Shown in pieces: positions 61,163 to 64,000 of a stretch of DNA of 64,000 nucleotides (positions within the stretch are counted from its first letter, which is position 1; each line of letters opens with the position of its first letter). A program made the position numbers and the translations under genes. The stretch is from NCBI RefSeq assembly GCF_036365525.1, contig NC_090377.1, positions 125,827,594 to 125,891,593 on the forward strand. Direction: 5' to 3'. The notes beneath the pieces were generated by a model. It did no database searches. It was not told where the DNA came from and saw only the letters and a program-made list of their open reading frames with translations. This DNA is from Heterodontus francisci (Eukaryota).

Positions 61163-62574
61163 ATAAATTGATGCCAGTATGTGTTTGGCAGCTCAGAATT
61201 GATTCCGATTTAGGGCTAGGTGGTGAGGGAAGAGAAGGGCAGAGTTATGCACTAGTTGTAGTGCCCGCGACCAGTGGGCCAGCGTTCTTTCACTCGTCGG
61301 CTGTGGGTTTCCTTGCATACTGATGGGAACTCAATACACATCAGATAAGACAGCTGTTGCAGCCAGTCCATGCGAACTAGGCATACTTAAGCAAGTTTAG
61401 CTGAGGTCAGGCACCTATCAGTACTCTAGTGCATGGGGCCTGCGGTCGAGACCACCTGACATGAGGCGTTTGTGGTCAAAGGTCACAGCTGGTTCTGCTC
61501 TGCCACGACCTACCCTCACCTTGGTGTCTCTAAATACTAGTCCAGTTTCTAAAATTGTAAGTGGAAAGCATGTTCAAGAGGAGAGAGACAGCTGAGTGGC
61601 GGGAGCACTCTTTCACACAAAGGGCAGTGGAAATGGGAGCTTTCAAGACTGAGATCGATAGTTGTTTTTCTTAAGTACAGGTATCAAGGGATATGGAGGA
61701 AAGGCAGGAAAATATAGGGGAGGTGCAGATCAGCCATGATCTAACTGAATAGCAGAGCAGCACTGAGGGGCTGAATGGCCTACTCCTGTTCTTATTCTGC
61801 TCCTACATAACTGGCCTCAGCTTTAAGTGACCACTGAACAACTGGGGCCTACATTTACCCATCTCTTGCCACACACTTGCCAATGGTGCAGATTGAACAG
61901 CGACCCTGGCAGTGGTGTCACCTCAGAAGGACCCTGAGGTGCCTCTCCGCGTGGCAGGGCAAGAGCAGTCAGGCCATTTGTTTTGGCAACCGAACGCAGC
62001 CGGCGAGGCTATTTTTAATAATTGGCTGCAGTCTGCGTGCCTCGAGAGTTGGAGCAGGTCTCGGGCCAGGGGCTGCGGCGAGGTCAGGCAGCATCGGGAG
62101 TCAGTGTTGTCTCCTTTCAGATGAATCAGTGCTAAGAGTGCGGGCCTGCGTGTGCTGTTAGTCAGCCTGCCTCTGCTCAATGAAGCTGACTGAAGTGCAT
62201 ACTCAGCGCAAGTCTGTATCCTTGAAAAGCAAATATTTACAAGTAGGCTGTCTTGTTTACAGTGCTGCAGTCAGGCAGCAGACAGTAGCAGCCTTTAATT
62301 CTTCAGTCAATATGGATTAGCCTGGGGCAGTTGGAATAACTAACCACACTGGTGAGTTGAGTAACCAATGGTGAGAGATGGAGATGGGAGGGAGCACAAG
62401 ATGTGAAAGGTTGCCCTTGTGATTCAGAGTACTGTATATGCTCATGTATCAGGTGATCTGCATACAAGTCAGCCCCTCCCTCGCCTCCAGAGAATTCATC
62501 ACTTATCTGGTAAAGCTTCTGTTCACTAAAATTCCTCGCCTGCATGTCAAGTCGACAACCACATGTACGTCGTT

Positions 62575-62970
62575 TCGCTGTGACTCAGTGGGTAGTATTA
62601 TCCCCTCTGAGTCAGAAGGTCAGGGAGTCAAATCCCACTCCTCGGTTGCCACTTCCAGTCCAGTACTGAGGGAGTGCTGCGCTGTCAGACATGCTGTCTT
62701 TTGGAGGAGGCCCGCTCAAGTGGACCTTAAAAGATCCCATGGCACTACTTCAAAGAAGAGTTCTCCCCAGTGTCCAGGCCAATATTTATTGCTCAACCAG
62801 CATCATTAAATCAAATTGTCTGCTCATTATCTCAATGTTCGCCGGACATTGCTGCGTGCAAATTGGCTGCTGCATTTGCCTGTGAAAAAGCATTTGAAAA
62901 AGTACATCATTGGCTGTAATACGCTGTGGGATGTCCTGAAGACATGAAATGATGCTGTATAAACACAAGC
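62575..62970 (+). mobile_element. Deu-core SINE
   Basis: Family head, core and tail. Confidence 0.8.
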
Positions 62971-63097
62971 TCACTTGTTGGCTTGTTTTTATGTTCCCAC
63001 CAGTGCATTCCTATCCACCTCTTTGGCACTGTGATTTAGTTTAAACAGCAGTGTGCGGGGGTGGGGTGGGGGGCATACAATCAGGTCTGTTTAGACA

Positions 63098-63540
63098 ACT
63101 GGCATTTAAACAGCACACGTTTTACAACCTCAGGACATCCCGGAAGAGTTTTACTGCCAATGAAGTATGTCTTGAATTGCAGTCAGTGTTGTAATGTGGG
63201 AAATGCGACAGTATGTGCACGGCAAGCTCCCACAAACAGTATTGCGACGGTGACCAGATAACCTGTTTTTAGGCTTTTGGGATAAATGTTGAACAGGGCA
63301 CCAGGGAGAACTTGCCTGCTTTTCTTCACAGTAGTGTCATGGGAGCTTATACATCCACCCAAGAGGGCAGACAGGGCCTCAGTTTAGCATCTTATCCAAA
63401 GGACAGCATCTTCGACAATGCTGCACTCCCTCACTCACTGGGAGCGTCAGCTAGAATTTGTGCTCGTATCTCCGAGTGTGACTTGAACCTACGATTGTCT
63501 GACTCGAGAGGTGTGAGTCCTGCTAACTGAGTCACAGCTG
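63098..63540 (-). mobile_element. Deu-core SINE
   Basis: Reverse complement, head at ~63540. Confidence 0.8.
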
Positions 63541-63640
63541 AGAGGGTAGGGCTTTGGATTGTAATTCAAGGGTTTAATCAAGGCCCAAACATTTGGATCT
63601 TTCCAGCTTATTGACCCTGTTCTTTGTATCTATGTTACAG

Positions 63641-63805
63641 CTCCCGATGAAACTGCACGCCTCATCTCTGAGTCCTGCTACGATACCGCCACAAATTCCC
63701 ACTACGCCATCGGCCAGGAGTGGGAACGAATATCTGAGACCGGCTTCAAACTGTGGTGTAAATGCTTAGGCTATGGAAGTGGTCATTTCAGGTGTGACTC
63801 AACTA
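63641..63805 (+). CDS. fn1: Fibronectin exon, FNI-10
   Basis: tacag|CT ... A|gtgagt; [44 protein letters not shown] (four FNI cysteines). Confidence 0.96.
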
Positions 63806-64000
63806 GTGAGTAGTTTGCTGCACATTATCCAAACCCCTCTCCCCACTATCTCACTCCCATTTCTTTCCACCAGTGTCCCTCGGCATGTTTGAGACAAAAT
63901 ATTTCTTTAGAAAGCGCTGAAATGAACAAACATGGACAGGGTGCATCAGCCTGACTCCTACCTCCCCCACCCCCCCTTTCCTCCTCCCCACCATGGCCAA

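Larger units (their letters stand above)
453..63805 (+). other. fn1: Fibronectin gene (partial, both ends outside window): 30 coding exons, FNIII-1..15 + EDB + EDA + V + FNI-10
   Basis: All introns are GT..AG, phases are compatible, and the spliced frame is open for 1749 codons. Exon sizes and phases match the FN1 pattern. Ortholog vs paralog status is not resolved. Confidence 0.97.

Noticed and set aside
395-63530. Remaining six-frame ORFs as independent genes
   Set aside because: They are FN exons read into introns, antisense shadows of exons or the CR1, TE remnants, or low-complexity sequence.
453-63805. Pseudogene or extra/missing FNIII modules
   Set aside because: All expected modules are present once, in order, with an open frame and canonical splice sites.

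Overview
Eukaryotic (vertebrate) genomic DNA; the repeat content (HE1/V-type SINEs, Deu-core SINEs, abundant CR1 and L2 LINEs, a Penelope end) points to a cartilaginous fish, probably a shark (inference). The whole window is the interior of a + strand fibronectin gene. I traced 30 consecutive GT-AG coding exons (453-63805) that join into an uninterrupted 5247-nt (1749-codon) frame, equivalent to human FN1 exons ~13-42. They encode FNIII-1 to FNIII-15, the alternatively spliced EDB, EDA and V/IIICS segments, and FNI-10. RGD (III-10) and LDV (CS1) are intact, while the synergy, EDA and IDAPS motifs are altered and CS5 is absent. Introns are packed with decayed retroposons, several MITEs, probable solo LTRs and one very young 5'-truncated CR1 with an intact RT frame. 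There are no prokaryotic features, CRISPR arrays or bona fide RNA genes. Exon boundaries were read base by base; repeat boundaries are approximate; comparisons with human FN1 are from memory, not from a computed alignment. I found no clearly new biological system. The best leads concern splicing control, integrin-motif evolution, RNA structure from inverted repeats, and a Penelope hammerhead remnant.
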